A DNA stretch of 63,793 nt, the filler included, from Hausera hauseri (Eukaryota), in NCBI GenBank assembly GCA_046269625.1. It is 11 parts of 11 records of this genome, joined end to end, with 100 filler letters (N's around TTAATTAATTAA, not from the genome) between each part and the next. Parts side by side here need not be neighbours in the genome. Positions count along the whole stretch, not along the records: positions 41,534 to 54,794 come from JBJURY010877625.1; positions 54,895 to 59,585 come from JBJURY010474243.1; 9 more parts are not named here. One strand, written 5' to 3'. The notes beneath the pieces were generated by a model. It ran no database searches. It was not told where the DNA came from and worked only from the letters and a program-made list of their open reading frames with translations. The position numbers and the translations under genes are program-made. Below, piece by piece: positions 44,491 through 56,413 of the stretch. Within the stretch, counting starts at the first letter, position 1. Each line of letters begins with the position of its first letter.

Positions 44491-47400
44491 TCACCAAAAC
44501 CAGAAACCCCATTATCACTACTACCCTCTCTCGGTCAACATCCTATTTGATATGAGAACCATGTTTGGTATCACACCACCCTGAAAATGAGAATCAATTA
44601 TGTGTAAACTTGAATTCAACCGTACATGCAGGAAAAACGTCAGCCCCACATAACCTGAAAGAATAATATCACAGAACAAATGAACAATACACCCACACAC
44701 TGTAAATTCTCCGACTTGATCCAGGAATCAATTCCTATAAACCTGCAAAGCAAAATTAATCCAACATGCATGCATAGTAAAAATCTAACCCAGTAAAAGT
44801 TCATCTAATCCCACTCATGTCCAAACAGCCCCCTGACCCCTTTAAAAGCTCTGATTGTTCCTTCAGAATGACTCAAAGAAAAAGACAAACACTCATATTA
44901 AACATTTTTCCCCAGCAGGTCTTCGGTTCTTCTGTTCTTGAGCTTGCGGTGGGAGCCCTTGTTCGTCTACAAGGGTCCTGGTGCTCAACGGTATACGGCC
45001 CGCGGAGTTATCTTCGTGTAAAAAGTCTCTTAACCTATATCAGTCTGTTTAAACGTTCTAATTGACGTGTGTGTAATGGATCACAAACTATATCAGTGTG
45101 ACGCGTTTTCTTTGCTTCACGGTCAGGGCTGGGAATCTTCTTCCTTCCCCGTTCCACCTGACTGACCGACTGTAGGCAGAGCGGAGACTCCTTTCTCCAA
45201 TTTTGCTACTGCCTTTTTTCAACAAGGGGCAAAGAGTGAGCTCCCACGAAGGTCTATCACCCTCTTTCAGGTGAGATGGGGAGCTTCACACCTGTCATTC
45301 CAGCAGATCTGCCTCCACCTGACCCAGCGAGTGGATGAACTCCTCAGCAGGTGCCCACTGGCTGGTGTGATGTTCTCTCACTCCACCACCAGGTGGGGTC
45401 CTTTCCCTCTTTTGAGCAGGACCCAGTCTGGTGTGTGGTCCCTAGTCAAGTCTCCCCATTCAGATGTTTTCCCCCTGTTGAGAAAAGGCTGGACACCAAA
45501 GCTTGCGAATTGTTAAACACACTGTCTGGCCTATTTTATAGTTTTATCTATGGGATCCCTGGCCCCTGTTGGGGCCTGGAAAAGCCTAACTGTACTTCCT
45601 TCATATTAAAAATTCTTAAGTCTAGCACAACCTGCTGGTCCTCATTTCCACTGGTAGGGTGTTAATGGTCATACTAAAAATTCAGTTAAATTGCTATTCC
45701 TACATTCAGCTATAAACCTGAAATTGAAATGATGTACATACTGGACTTCTCCAGAAATACCTGTGTACTCCCGTTCCCTCTCCACCATTTCAAGCATTTG
45801 CCTCCAGTGAATCTACCTAAAATAAGCAAAGTTAACCATAACACAACAACAATACACAATACATCATAATGAGTAATTACCTATACTGGTCCCTTCTTCG
45901 AGGCTGTGGAAGGAACGTCATTAACGCATGCGCAGAAAACCTTGAAGTGCCCTATAAACTTAAAAGCCTTAGACAACTGACATATAACTCTTCCCTCCAG
46001 GTACCTGTTCCAGAGAGAACACAAGGAAAAATCCTACTCCTGAGCCTGTTGCTCAGCCGTGAAACATGTGGTTAAAAATACTTTGTTCATGAAACCTTTT
46101 AATATCCAAATTAACCTATTTTATGTCAAGTCCAGTCAAGTCAGTCAAGTGTGTTTAAAATACAGAACCACCACTTTTTCTAATTAACCTTTGATCACAT
46201 CCACTTCAGGAGGCTGTTTCAGATCCTGCTGTCTATTTTAGGGTTATTCGTTTGGGGCGTCCCCCTTTTTGACCGGTGAAGTTCCTGGAATCTGGAAACA
46301 AGAGAAGATAAATACTTATGTTAACCTATACAAGAGCAATATCGATTCTAGGCTTCTGATTTCTTTCACTTTTCAAATGTCGATGTGGTTTTCCCAACTG
46401 TTCCTTGTTGTTCTCTTAAATATACATAACTTACGAAGTCATTTTAGATATATCTATTATTATTTAATTTAATTAATGCTCTACACCTTTTATGAACTGT
46501 TTGTTTTCTTAAATATAACATGCTCTAAACCATGTGTGAACTGTTTCCTGCTAAGAACACCCTTCAACCTCCCCCCTTATTGAAACAGTGTCCTGCTTCA
46601 AAACCCTACATCCATCTGGCTATAAAATACTAACACACGGTTTGAGAAATAGTTTCAGAAATATAAAAATAATCTGGTGTAGTCGTACCATACCAACTAC
46701 AGTTAATCAATCTAGGTGTCACTCCTATAGCTAACTATAACCCAAATTCTTATATAAGTTCTCTAAGGAGTTAACCATTAAATAAATCTCATCCTTTGTT
46801 GCAAACCAGACCTTCCACATGAGCTCGTTGAAGGCAAAGACCATCATGTATCTTTAATTTATCAGACCTTACCCAACTCCATCTAAATCAGGCCTCAGGT
46901 ACAGGTTTCACCTGTGTCCAACCTGTAAAAATGAAAAGTTAAAAACAATCTATCACTAAGGAGTGGGGAGCGTCATTATAGGTTCTGATGTACTAAAACA
47001 ATTTTCATCCCAGAGCCCACGGAACAGGGGCAATCAGTCCAGCACCCCCACAGTGGAACTCCTGTGTCGTGATATGGCACCTGTCCTAAAGTGAGCCTAT
47101 GTGTGCGTTCATTATCAAGGCCAACCGTAGTTTTGATCAAGACCCATGGTTATCGGATGTCTGACATAGACCAAATGTGGAGTAGCTCCTCAGCCAGACT
47201 GTAGTAGTTGTTATTGACATTGGACCGATGGATCCTCAGCTTGTTTCTCTGTAAGTGATCTCCTTTGGTCTGGAGAACAGTTTAGCTTTGTGCAGTAGTT
47301 CATGGCTCAGCATACAGTGAGACTTGACTTGATGTCTCCACTGTTGACAAATCCAGGACCCCCATCTGGACAGTTCAGTTTGTTTCTTGACTGACAGATC

Positions 47401-48420
47401 TTTGCTTTGATGCATATCGCAAAGTCATTGTGCTTGGCTGACAAGTTCTTTGTTGTTGTGCCAGTGGTTTCTTTGAAAAGTCACATCGGTCGGTCAGTTT
47501 CCCAGATCCAGCTTTCAGCGCCCACCTGAACACATCTGGTTTCAGAGCGACAACCAACAACCTTAAGGCACTTGATGCAAAACTCAGATGGATGCTGTAT
47601 ATATCTGAACTCTCTGTATGTGTTTGTGGGCCTAGCTAGACTCACCTCCCCTGTTCCATAGCTCTGCCTTCACAGGTTGCTGAGAAGAAAAAATAATACA
47701 ATCCAATTATTAAAAGTCAGACTCAAAGTTAATTATCTGTTAACAAATTCTATCCTGGGACCACAGTGTTTACCTCCAACCGTCATCCTGCATCCTGGCT
47801 TTGCACAACGGATTTTTCATTATTATTATTATTATTATTACTATTATTTTTAAAGCTCAATTACATAAGAGTGAAAACCTTCATTTAACACTGCAAAATC
47901 CAATTCTCTACACCCACTACATAAAATATTATTTTAAACAATGTCCTCAATGTTTTAAAAGGATCAGGCAGCATGATTAAATGAACCACTGCAAATTCAT
48001 CCAGATGATAGCCATGTTTGTTCCCTGCATTCTAAACAAAATTTTGTAATTCAATTCAATTAAGACTATGTATGCAAGTCCAAGACATCACAAAGACCAA
48101 TTAGCACTGCACAATCAACGTCTACATGCACCTTTGTTCACAAAGCACAACTTCATTGCTAGAATTGTTATTTTCACCTAAATCTCAAAGTTCAGGTAGC
48201 TCTTATAAGGAAACAGTTCCTAAACTCTAAACAACATTTTCAATACATGATGAACTCCTTTAAACTGCCTAATTTAACCCAAGCGTTACAAGTTCTCTTA
48301 AAAACATTAATTAAATTTAAAGACTAGCTTCATATTCAAGTTTAAGAAGAAAAATTTGGCTAATTTGTTTACTACGTGTCATCCAGAAATGCTTTAACTT
48401 AATTTGACCTGTTTATTTTT

Positions 48421-48561
48421 TTTCATTCAGCTTTCCTCTTCTCAGGGGTCGCCACAAGGTGTCATCCTTCTCCACCTCACTCTGTCCTCTGAATCCTCTG
48501 TCCTCACTCCAACTACCTCCATGTCCTCTCTAACTTCATCCATCACTTCCTCTTTGGCCTT
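48421..48561 (-). mobile_element. RTE-clade LINE 3' fragment
   Basis: Translates RPKRK..VREDMEVVGVRTEDSEDRVRWRRMTPCGDP*. Confidence 0.8.
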
Positions 48562-49975
48562 TGTATAAACTCACTCCTGAAACTTTCCTCCATCCACTCC
48601 ATCTTGCCTGGACTCTCGTTTTCACCTCTTCACCACACCTCCTGTCCACTAGGAGTCAGTAACGACTTCCTGTTGTATGTTGACTTCCTGTGGTATTCCA
48701 CACGCAGCTTTAGCCAGACACGGACAAGAGCTACACGTTGGAACAAAGCACACATCTAACTGCGACTACATGAACAAATATCCCTTCAACAGACCAATCG
48801 ATCGTTTCCGAACAGTGCTGAAGGCTTTATCGATTTTTATAAACCTTAAAACAAACCAGCAGATGTAAGATATTTAACCTAGCATGTGCTACGTTCGTTA
48901 GCTTCGTAGCTTGTTAGCTTAGCTTACAACCTTAACTCCTAGCTCGTGAAACGTTTAAAATCATGCATTAATAAACTGAAAATCCGGCGAAACAACCGAG
49001 ACAGATACCAGCGTTGCACGCAGCAACAAATCAGCGTTTTTACCGTGAAACAGGACTCGCTCGAACCGGGTTCGAGGCCTTCAGAACCAGGCCGAGACCA
49101 ACAGAACCGGGCCGCAGCACAGACCAACATCAGAAGAACGTAATTAAATTTGACCCATCATATGAATGCGGTCTGTTATTTAATCAAATTTAAAAACTGA
49201 CTCCATCTTCAAGTTTTAGATAAAAATTTGGCTAATTTTATGTCTATTGTCCTGGACAGTGGACCCCAATTACTTGAAGTCCTGCACCTCCAATGTTTTT
49301 TGTACTTTTACTGACTTATTTCTGCTAATTTCTGATACTATTTAACTGTTTTATGCCAATACCAACTAATTCCCTCTGTCTTTTAAATCAATCCAACTTG
49401 TGTCGCCTACTTCAGCACAACAAAGCTCTACCCACTTCCTTCCAGTGATTTAAAATTATTTCTGCTTGTTTGTTGTTTTCTAATTTTAAGCTCCCTTATT
49501 GATTCTTTATTTAGTAATTAGTTGTTTTAAGGTAATTAACACGTTCGCTCATAATTCCCAGGTTATCAATTCTTCATTAATTTCCTGAATTTGTTTGTTT
49601 TGACCTTCCACCTTGTCCCAAATTAATTAATTAATTAAAACTAACTCCCTCTCTTAGATTATCCTGTAGACTGTCGTCCACAGGAGTCATCTGTTTCTCA
49701 TTTATGAGCTCCCTATCTGTCGACGTTCTGCTCATCCACGCACACACGAACACGTCAAAAAAATAAAAACTAACCCTGCACACACACACACACAGACCAC
49801 GTCACACAGCACTCATACACACGCGCAGACACACGCAAACAACCTGAGACCACCTGCAATCGGGCCGCGCGGTACATACTTCGGTTCGGAACCGTTTTTA
49901 GCTCCCATTTTTCTGGTTTTTCACTTTTTCTACACGTTTAAAAAATCACAATTTTACGTAAAATAAAACAAAACC

Positions 49976-50482
49976 CTCAGTTCTCTTTTATCAAGACGAA
50001 CTTGAACTCAGCCGCTCCTTTTGAGCGAGCCTACCTCGGCGCGTCGTGCACATGAACGCGCTTACAACTCAGCTGTCTCGTGGACGAGCCTACACTCAGC
50101 TTGTCATTATAACAAACCTACAACTCAGGTTTCCTGTTGAAACCCTACCTCGGCTTCTACTCTAATTTTCAAAGCTTACAATTCTCGGCATCCCTATTGG
50201 AAGCTTACCTCGGTCCGTACTGTAAATTTCAGGACTTACAATTTTCCTCAGTTCCCTATTGGAACCTACCTCGGCTCTTACTGTAAATTCAGAGCTTACA
50301 ATCCTCGGCTTCCCTATTGGAAGCTTACCTCGGCTCTTACTGTAAATTCAGAGCTTACAAAAACTCAGTTCCCTATTGGAACCTACCCTCGGCTCTTACT
50401 GTAAATTTCAGAGCTTACAATAACTCAGTTTTCCTGTTGAAAACCTACACTCGGCTCCGACTCTAAATGTCAGAGCTTACAA
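49976..50482 (-). repeat. Tandem array of 17 short stem-loops in the ERV-A 5' leader
   Basis: Each unit reads CTC-R-G[stem/loop/stem]C-Y-TAC on the + strand. The right part has ~60-bp two-hairpin periodicity. Confidence 0.88.
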
Positions 50483-50707
50483 TTTTTGTTTTATAAAACG
50501 AAAATGAATTTCCTTTACCTGACAATCGGGTGTTTTCTGTTTCCTGGTTCGGGTCCGTGTGGAGTCGGTCCCCGGCCGGTGAACAGGACGCCCTCCCATC
50601 TCCTGAAGTGCGGAGGATGGAGGAGGAAAAAAAACAAAAACTGTTTTCTCCTGGTGATCAGCCAACGCCCCGGTTCTCCGTCGTCGGGACGAACTCTCAA
50701 CGGAAAA

Positions 50708-50721
50708 TGTTCGTGACGCCA
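50708..50721 (-). promoter_or_regulatory. Primer-binding site, tRNA-Ser(CGA)-like (ERV-A)
   Basis: TGGCGTCACGAACA, complementary to the vertebrate tRNA-Ser(CGA) 3' end ..TGTTCGTGACGCCA (from memory). Confidence 0.8.
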
Positions 50722-50725
50722 ATTT

Positions 50726-51394
50726 TGGAAGAAGTTTTTAGCTTAAAAATTATTAAGTTTAACTTCTAAGAAGGAAATCAGAAAACATCCGTTAAATACA
50801 ATGTGTCAGGTTTATTTTCCTTTGCAAAGGGAGAGGCCCGTTCCTGCAATGTACTTCAGCAGCTCTGAAAACAGTCAGGAAGAGATCTCTGACAAAACAT
50901 GACCGTGGATACATTTTATACTGTTCATTACACACGAACATTTGCACACACGAACATCTGATGAACTCATAAAACATTGGCACAGAAACAGTGTTTTTCT
51001 CATAAGATGTCTTTGAAGTTGAAAACAGTTTTAACTTGTCAGCATTATTTCATTATAATTGGAACATTTTGACATTTCAATGACTATTCCTTTATCTCAG
51101 CAACAGCGGTACCAGGAGGTTCCTGGTTCTGTTTTGCAGGTGTTTTCAGTCCTGTGAGCATGCAAGCAAGCTGTGCTTGGTACGACATGATACAGACTGG
51201 ACCTTGAACTTTTAACGAGCAGTACATGTAAAAAGGAAAAACATCAGAGTGCAGATTTGTTTTCTTCCAAGTGCAGTATATAAGTTTTGTGTTTGTAATA
51301 CAACAAATATAAAATAATGCAGTATAACAAATATGAAATAAACTTCAATCATTAAACTTTTAATAATACAGCAGATATAAAATACACTTCCACA
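50726..51394 (-). repeat. LTR of ERV-A (~669 bp)
   Basis: TGTGGAAG...CTTCCA termini; PPT GAAAGGGGGAA at 51396-51406; TATAAAA near 50914-50920, then AATAAA at 50811-50816. Confidence 0.82.
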
Positions 51395-52062
51395 ATTCCC
51401 CCTTTCGTTTCCTAAGAAACGACAATAAAAAAAACATTGAGCAAAATGCATACTAAAAATGTACTTTCCAAGAGTGCTTATACGAATGATACGGAAAACT
51501 CCCGGGGCAGATGGTAACAAGAGGGAGAGAAAATCGTATCATCACTCCAGGCCCCGCTGGCAGCGACCGGTGGCTCGCATGAAGCACAACAAGAAAAGAA
51601 AGATCTGTACAATAGAAACACAGACTCTTGAAGGGGTGAAATCATGTCCATGGCTTCATATTAAATATGGTTTGGCCAAAAACAATCATAAGCTTCAGAT
51701 GGAATTTTAGCTAAGTGCTGTTTTTGTGGGTTAAAGACCCTTAAATGTAGCAAGCTAAATGTGTAGGAAAACACATAAAAATAACATAAAAATAATGGAA
51801 ATAATGGCAATATAAAGTTTTAGTTTAAAAAGTCTGTGGCATTCCAAACTGGTGAGTCCTCGTGGACATTACGAAATACAGCAATATTTACAAACAATGT
51901 CAGGGCAGCGAAAAGGTCATCTCGGTTTAGGAAGGTTAGTGACTGACAGTTTATGGCATTGGTGCCTGCGAGATGTATATCAAGAACAAGGATATGATCA
52001 GTGTGGTTGTAATCAATTGTGATGGTGGTTTGACGTCGTACTTTTAAGGTGATTTTCATAGT

Positions 52063-53829
52063 TTATTTTAATATAAAGGTAGTGGTTTCCGTGTGCGTCA
52101 GGGCCTTGGGTTGGTATTCAGGTGGGTCTGGGTAATCAGTGGAAGGCGAACGAGTGAGGACAGTACCCGTAAAGGTAGATGGTAACATCTTCAAGAACAT
52201 GTGCTTAAGACAAGGCACAATGCATAAGAAGAACAAGCAAAATAGAATGAGGCAAAAAAGAAGAGGGGCGCAGACTTTTAGCAGCAATTGCCACCAAGAG
52301 CCAGAAGTAAGCCAGGTCCAAAAGTCAAAAGATCGAGCTCCATTAGTGCCACTTTCTACGTAATCTTTCAGTTGTGTTAGGTCACTCAGGGCATCATGAA
52401 TAGCACCTCCGTCAGAAGTTTCGTCCGGGATGAATGTACAGCACGCTTCTCCTATTATTTTACATACGCCTCCTTGTGACGCAGTTAAAAGGTCTAGGAC
52501 AATTCTATTCTGGATTACCATGTCTCGGATTGCGGACAATTCTGCTGTTGTTCCATTAGCCAATAATTGAGTTGCATTGATCAAACGGAGAAGGGCATAT
52601 CTGTTGATTTCTACATGAGCTCTGACTTCACCTATGCCTACCATAGGGAAAAGTCCTTGGAAAAACTTTTCTCCTCCATTCCAGATCTTATATTCCCAAG
52701 GTACGCCAGTACTAGTGGTTAAGCCGCCCCATCTGGTTACCTTGGGCATGGCTGAACGGCGTAGCCTACTAGGGGTGGGATGGGATTTTTTCAGAACGAA
52801 CATAGGGCTTGTCAATTGGACGAGTGCGCAGAGTCCTCCCCAATTGGGAGGAAGAGCGGTGTATGCTTTGTGGCCGCAGAGAAAATACCAATCGGTCAAT
52901 ACTCTGGAGCCTTTATCTCCTGGGACCAAAACGCTACAGAGGGTCCTGTCTTGTCTACCTCTAGTGTTTTTCCGTATGTGAAAAGTCCTTTGTGTCAGTA
53001 GGCTTTCACAATTGTCCAGATCGTATCCGTCACAGGAAGTACCTGCAACGCGATTACCGTCTGTGAAGTTTACCCCTTCTTTGCAGAACATGCAATACAA
53101 GAAGGTTCTCTCATTTCCGATTCTAGGGGGTGGCAAATCGCAAAAAGAATAAATTGTTTTACATAATTTCCATGGCAGGGTGCCCACAAGGGTGGTACCG
53201 TTGTTAAAAACACAATTTCCTAGCGTGTCAGATTTTAAAGTAGCTAGTGTGATTATGTCTGGCAAGACGAGAGGCATTTGAGGCAAGGGCATTAAATCGG
53301 AGGTGGCAGTGCAGTCTTTATTAAAAACTTGTCCTATCATTATCAAAGCTTGTTGTGCAAACAAGGTGGTGTTGCGAAGTAGAATATGAGATAGTGGCCG
53401 TGAATAATTCCGGTCATTCCAATTCTGCAGGCCTGGGTGGGTGCTTAAGCCATATAGGCAGGTTTGTTGATTAGGAGAAACTGGTTGGGGACGGAGTCCT
53501 GCATTGAGTGTTGAGTATGGCATGTGTGCACAAACATAACAGTTGGTTGTGTTCCCCTCGTGAGCTGTTTGGTTCATTAATTGCCACCACAAGTTTGTAC
53601 TGTAATCGTGTGGATGTATGTACCCTAAATGCATTTTATGAACAAGGTCGCGTCGATGGCGGTGGAATGTGTTGGTCGTCGGGGCGTGTGTGACATTGAG
53701 GTCTACATTAATGACAATATTTGAGGGGTGTAAGTACCATATCATCAAAGTCAATAGTATTGCGACGAGAGTGAACATAAAGCATACAATAGAGGATTGT
53801 AGCCATCTGGGTGTGCGTGTGTTGGGCAT
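52063..53829 (-). CDS. env: Intact gamma-type retroviral envelope glycoprotein (fish ERV)
   Basis: N-terminal hydrophobic leader, CYVC (CxxC), RLRR furin site, ISD IQNRIVLDLLTASQGGVC, CX6CC (CKIIGEACC), TM helix. Confidence 0.96.
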   Translation of the reverse strand: MPNTRTPRWLQSSIVCFMFTLVAILLTLMIWYLHPSNIVINVDLNVTHAPTTNTFHRHRRDLVHKMHLGYIHPHDYSTNLWWQLMNQTAHEGNTTNCYVCAHMPYSTLNAGLRPQPVSPNQQTCLYGLSTHPGLQNWNDRNYSRPLSHILLRNTTLFAQQALIMIGQVFNKDCTATSDLMPLPQMPLVLPDIITLATLKSDTLGNCVFNNGTTLVGTLPWKLCKTIYSFCDLPPPRIGNERTFLYCMFCKEGVNFTDGNRVAGTSCDGYDLDNCESLLTQRTFHIRKNTRGRQDRTLCSVLVPGDKGSRVLTDWYFLCGHKAYTALPPNWGGLCALVQLTSPMFVLKKSHPTPSRLRRSAMPKVTRWGGLTTSTGVPWEYKIWNGGEKFFQGLFPMVGIGEVRAHVEINRYALLRLINATQLLANGTTAELSAIRDMVIQNRIVLDLLTASQGGVCKIIGEACCTFIPDETSDGGAIHDALSDLTQLKDYVESGTNGARSFDFWTWLTSGSWWQLLLKVCAPLLFCLILFCLFFLCIVPCLKHMFLKMLPSTFTGTVLTRSPSTDYPDPPEYQPKALTHTETTTFILK

Positions 53830-54113
53830 GTTTGCTGTATGTCAGTGCTAATTTTTACACCCTGCCTGCCTAGTCAGTTGTAGGATCTAGGTATCCTGCC
53901 GCCACCACTGTGAGCCGGAGCTCGGTCAGTGGGTGGTGAATGCTGCGTGGATTCCTCGTGGGTGTCAAGCCGTTCAGAGTCCGATACTTGTTTCCCCCTT
54001 TGATGGCAACCTAGCACTGAGCTCTGGCGTGTCTTTTCCTCTGGGTCGAGTTTGCTTGTTCTGGAATTGTTGTTAGTCCAGCGCAGAGTTGGTGTCTTGG
54101 AACACGGTCAACC

Positions 54114-54794
54114 TTAGTCCTCCAATGCCGTGTCCTTGTCCAGTGATGGCGAACTCCCTTCCAGCGATGGGGAGCTTTCTGGTGGTTTGACTCCTTTGAA
54201 GAGTTTGCAATGGCTGGCGTGGACCCAAGTGGCTCTTTCAGCCACCTTGACAGCCGTGTGTGTGGTCAGCAACACCTGGAACGGTCCAGTCCACCTTGGA
54301 GAGTTCCACCTTTTTCTCCTGAAACATTTAATCATGACAAAATCTCCAGGAAAAATGCAATGTAACAGTTTTTGAGCAGGCGCAGGAAGTCCTCCTTGGA
54401 CTTGGTTCCTGATCTCTGTTAATTGTTTGGTTAGTGCAATACAATATTTCATCATGTTACTGTCACAGTGTGTTAGAGTGTTAGTCGGATTAGCTGTGGG
54501 ACCAATTCCCAGGTTGGGTGGTGCCGCAAAGAGAATTTCGTAAGGGCTAAGGTTAAACTTAGCTCTACGACGCATGCGCATATACAAAACAGCAATAGGT
54601 AAACATGTAACCCAGTTCTGGCCTGTTTCTTCACAGATTTTTGAAAGTTTGTTTTTAAAAGTGCCATTTTCTCTTTCCACTGCACCAGCACTTTGTGGGT
54701 GATAGGCACAGTGTTTTGAGAGGTCCAGATTCAAAGTTTCAGAACATTCTGTAATGATCATGTTTGCAAAATGAGGTCCATTGTCACTAGAGAT
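54114..54794 (-). CDS. pol: Retroviral integrase, C-terminal part (5'-partial)
   Basis: ISSDNGPHF, YHPQSAGAVERENG, LSPYEILF, PRWTGPFQVLLTTHTAVKV, WVHASHCK. Confidence 0.95.
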   Translation of the reverse strand: MSSDNGPHFANMIITECSETLNLDLSKHCAYHPQSAGAVERENGTFKNKLSKICEETGQNWVTCLPIAVLYMRMRRRAKFNLSPYEILFAAPPNLGIGPTANPTNTLTHCDSNMMKYCIALTKQLTEIRNQVQGGLPAPAQKLLHCIFPGDFVMIKCFRRKRWNSPRWTGPFQVLLTTHTAVKVAERATWVHASHCKLFKGVKPPESSPSLEGSSPSLDKDTALED

Positions 54795-54894
54795 NNNNNN
54801 NNNNNNNNNNNNNNNNNNNNNNNNNNNNNNNNNNNNNNTTAATTAATTAANNNNNNNNNNNNNNNNNNNNNNNNNNNNNNNNNNNNNNNNNNNN

Positions 54895-55574
54895 AAATCT
54901 TGAGCCATTGCACGAGTTCTGACTTGAGGATTAGCTGAAACTGCGGCTAATACTAATGTTTCATTTCTCTCGTTAGTTACATAATTCTGACGTGTTTTTT
55001 CTTATGTTTTACATCACCATTCTGTTTAAAATTACTGATAATTCGGTATACTGTGCGTCGACTTGGAGCAATTTTGTCTGGGAACCTTTAAGAATACAAA
55101 TTTATAGTTTCTGGAACACTTCTTCTACATTCTCCATAAAGTAAAACAATTTCAATTTTTTCTTGAATCGTAAAAGCCTCCATTGCAAATTATAACAGGA
55201 ACAAAAATAGCTTCCGAGAGTTAAATTACGTAACCGTGATGCGTACTTAATAACTTGTTCCAGTAAAACAAAGCAAAAACAGGTCTCTATTTAAATAACC
55301 TGCAATATTTTCAAAAGTAGAAATTCTATAAAAATGTTTCGTATAAAATATTTCTTAAATTTTATAAGGAATTAGAATTTGCAAAGAAAATAATTGCATC
55401 CAATTTTAAAAACAAAAATTGAACTTGAAAAATCGGTTAAGGTCACATTTTCTCAGTTTTATTAACGCCATTTTGTTTCCCCTTCATATAAAGCAACTTT
55501 CATTTGAAACATTTTTATTATATTTAAGGATTAAAAGATATTCGACTGTGGCACGATAAAAACTCACCCGGTAT
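54895..55574 (-). mobile_element. Tc1/mariner-superfamily element 5' end (DUF4817-like HTH transposase N-terminus, ATG at 55183)
   Basis: MEAFTIQEKIEIVLLYGECRRSV..RFPD..PSRRTVYRIISNFKQNGDV; putative terminus TACCGGGTG near 55565-55573. Confidence 0.7.
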
Positions 55575-56413
55575 ATTTGTGTATATTACACCGATGCTAG
55601 TAAAAACTGAGGTTAAGTATATTTCCCGCAAATGCTATTTTTGGCGAGCACTATATTTATAAACAAAATACCGGTACATTGACTTCTCAAGAAAGTGGCT
55701 AAGAAAAAATTAAAACTAAAAAAGTGGATTAGAGTGTAAGAATGAAATATGAATTCGACTGGTCTGCAAATGTTGACATGCATTACAGTAGACGTATTTT
55801 CCCTTCATTAATAGAAGTTTAGTAAACTGTTAACTTTGTTAACGTACATTGATTTATGTCTAAAGTTAAAATGGATTGTGGACCTTTTTCAAGTATTTCC
55901 GCAAGTATAGTGAAATTATGATAAATATCGGATAAATAATTATCAACGGAAAATTTAAAAACATCATAAATCAGAACGAAAATTATTCATTTTGTCAGTA
56001 CTGTAATGATTAACTCCAGTAAAGAAAAACTTTTATTTACAGTCGACGCAAAATATTAAAAAATTGATTTTTAATAACGTCCCATCTAGTACATTAAACT
56101 TATACATTTTTTTCGAAATTTCCCTACTAATTTTAGTTGCAGGAATTTTAAAGGATTTTAAACATACTGGTATTATATCATCTTACAAGAGACATTCGAA
56201 AACTTATGCATATCAAATTTAATAAAACTTTGTAGGAAAATCATCAATTATAAGATAAAAATTCTGACAAATTTCTAGCTGTTGTAATTCGTTTTAATAT
56301 GCAAAAGTTCAAATTTAAAAATGTGAAAAATTCTGAAATAATTGTTGCTTTAGTTTATTATTTAGGTTTAAAAGATGAAAAATTTAATTTTAATTGAAAT
56401 CAAAGAGAACATA

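Noticed and set aside
44200-44760. Series of apparent minus-strand splice acceptors suggesting a snoRNA host gene
   Set aside because: Much of this region translates as decayed env, and no C/D or H/ACA boxes were convincing.
46980-47580. Possible additional integrase remnant
   Set aside because: Only isolated weak matches (GPGFVN, WVLIK); not enough to call.
49621-49638. TTAATTAATTAA inside contig 9 as a hidden join
   Set aside because: No flanking Ns; a natural (TTAA)n tract.
49976-50482. CRISPR-like repeat/spacer appearance
   Set aside because: The variable parts are themselves repeated hairpins, there are no unique spacers or cas genes, and the context is a eukaryotic ERV leader.
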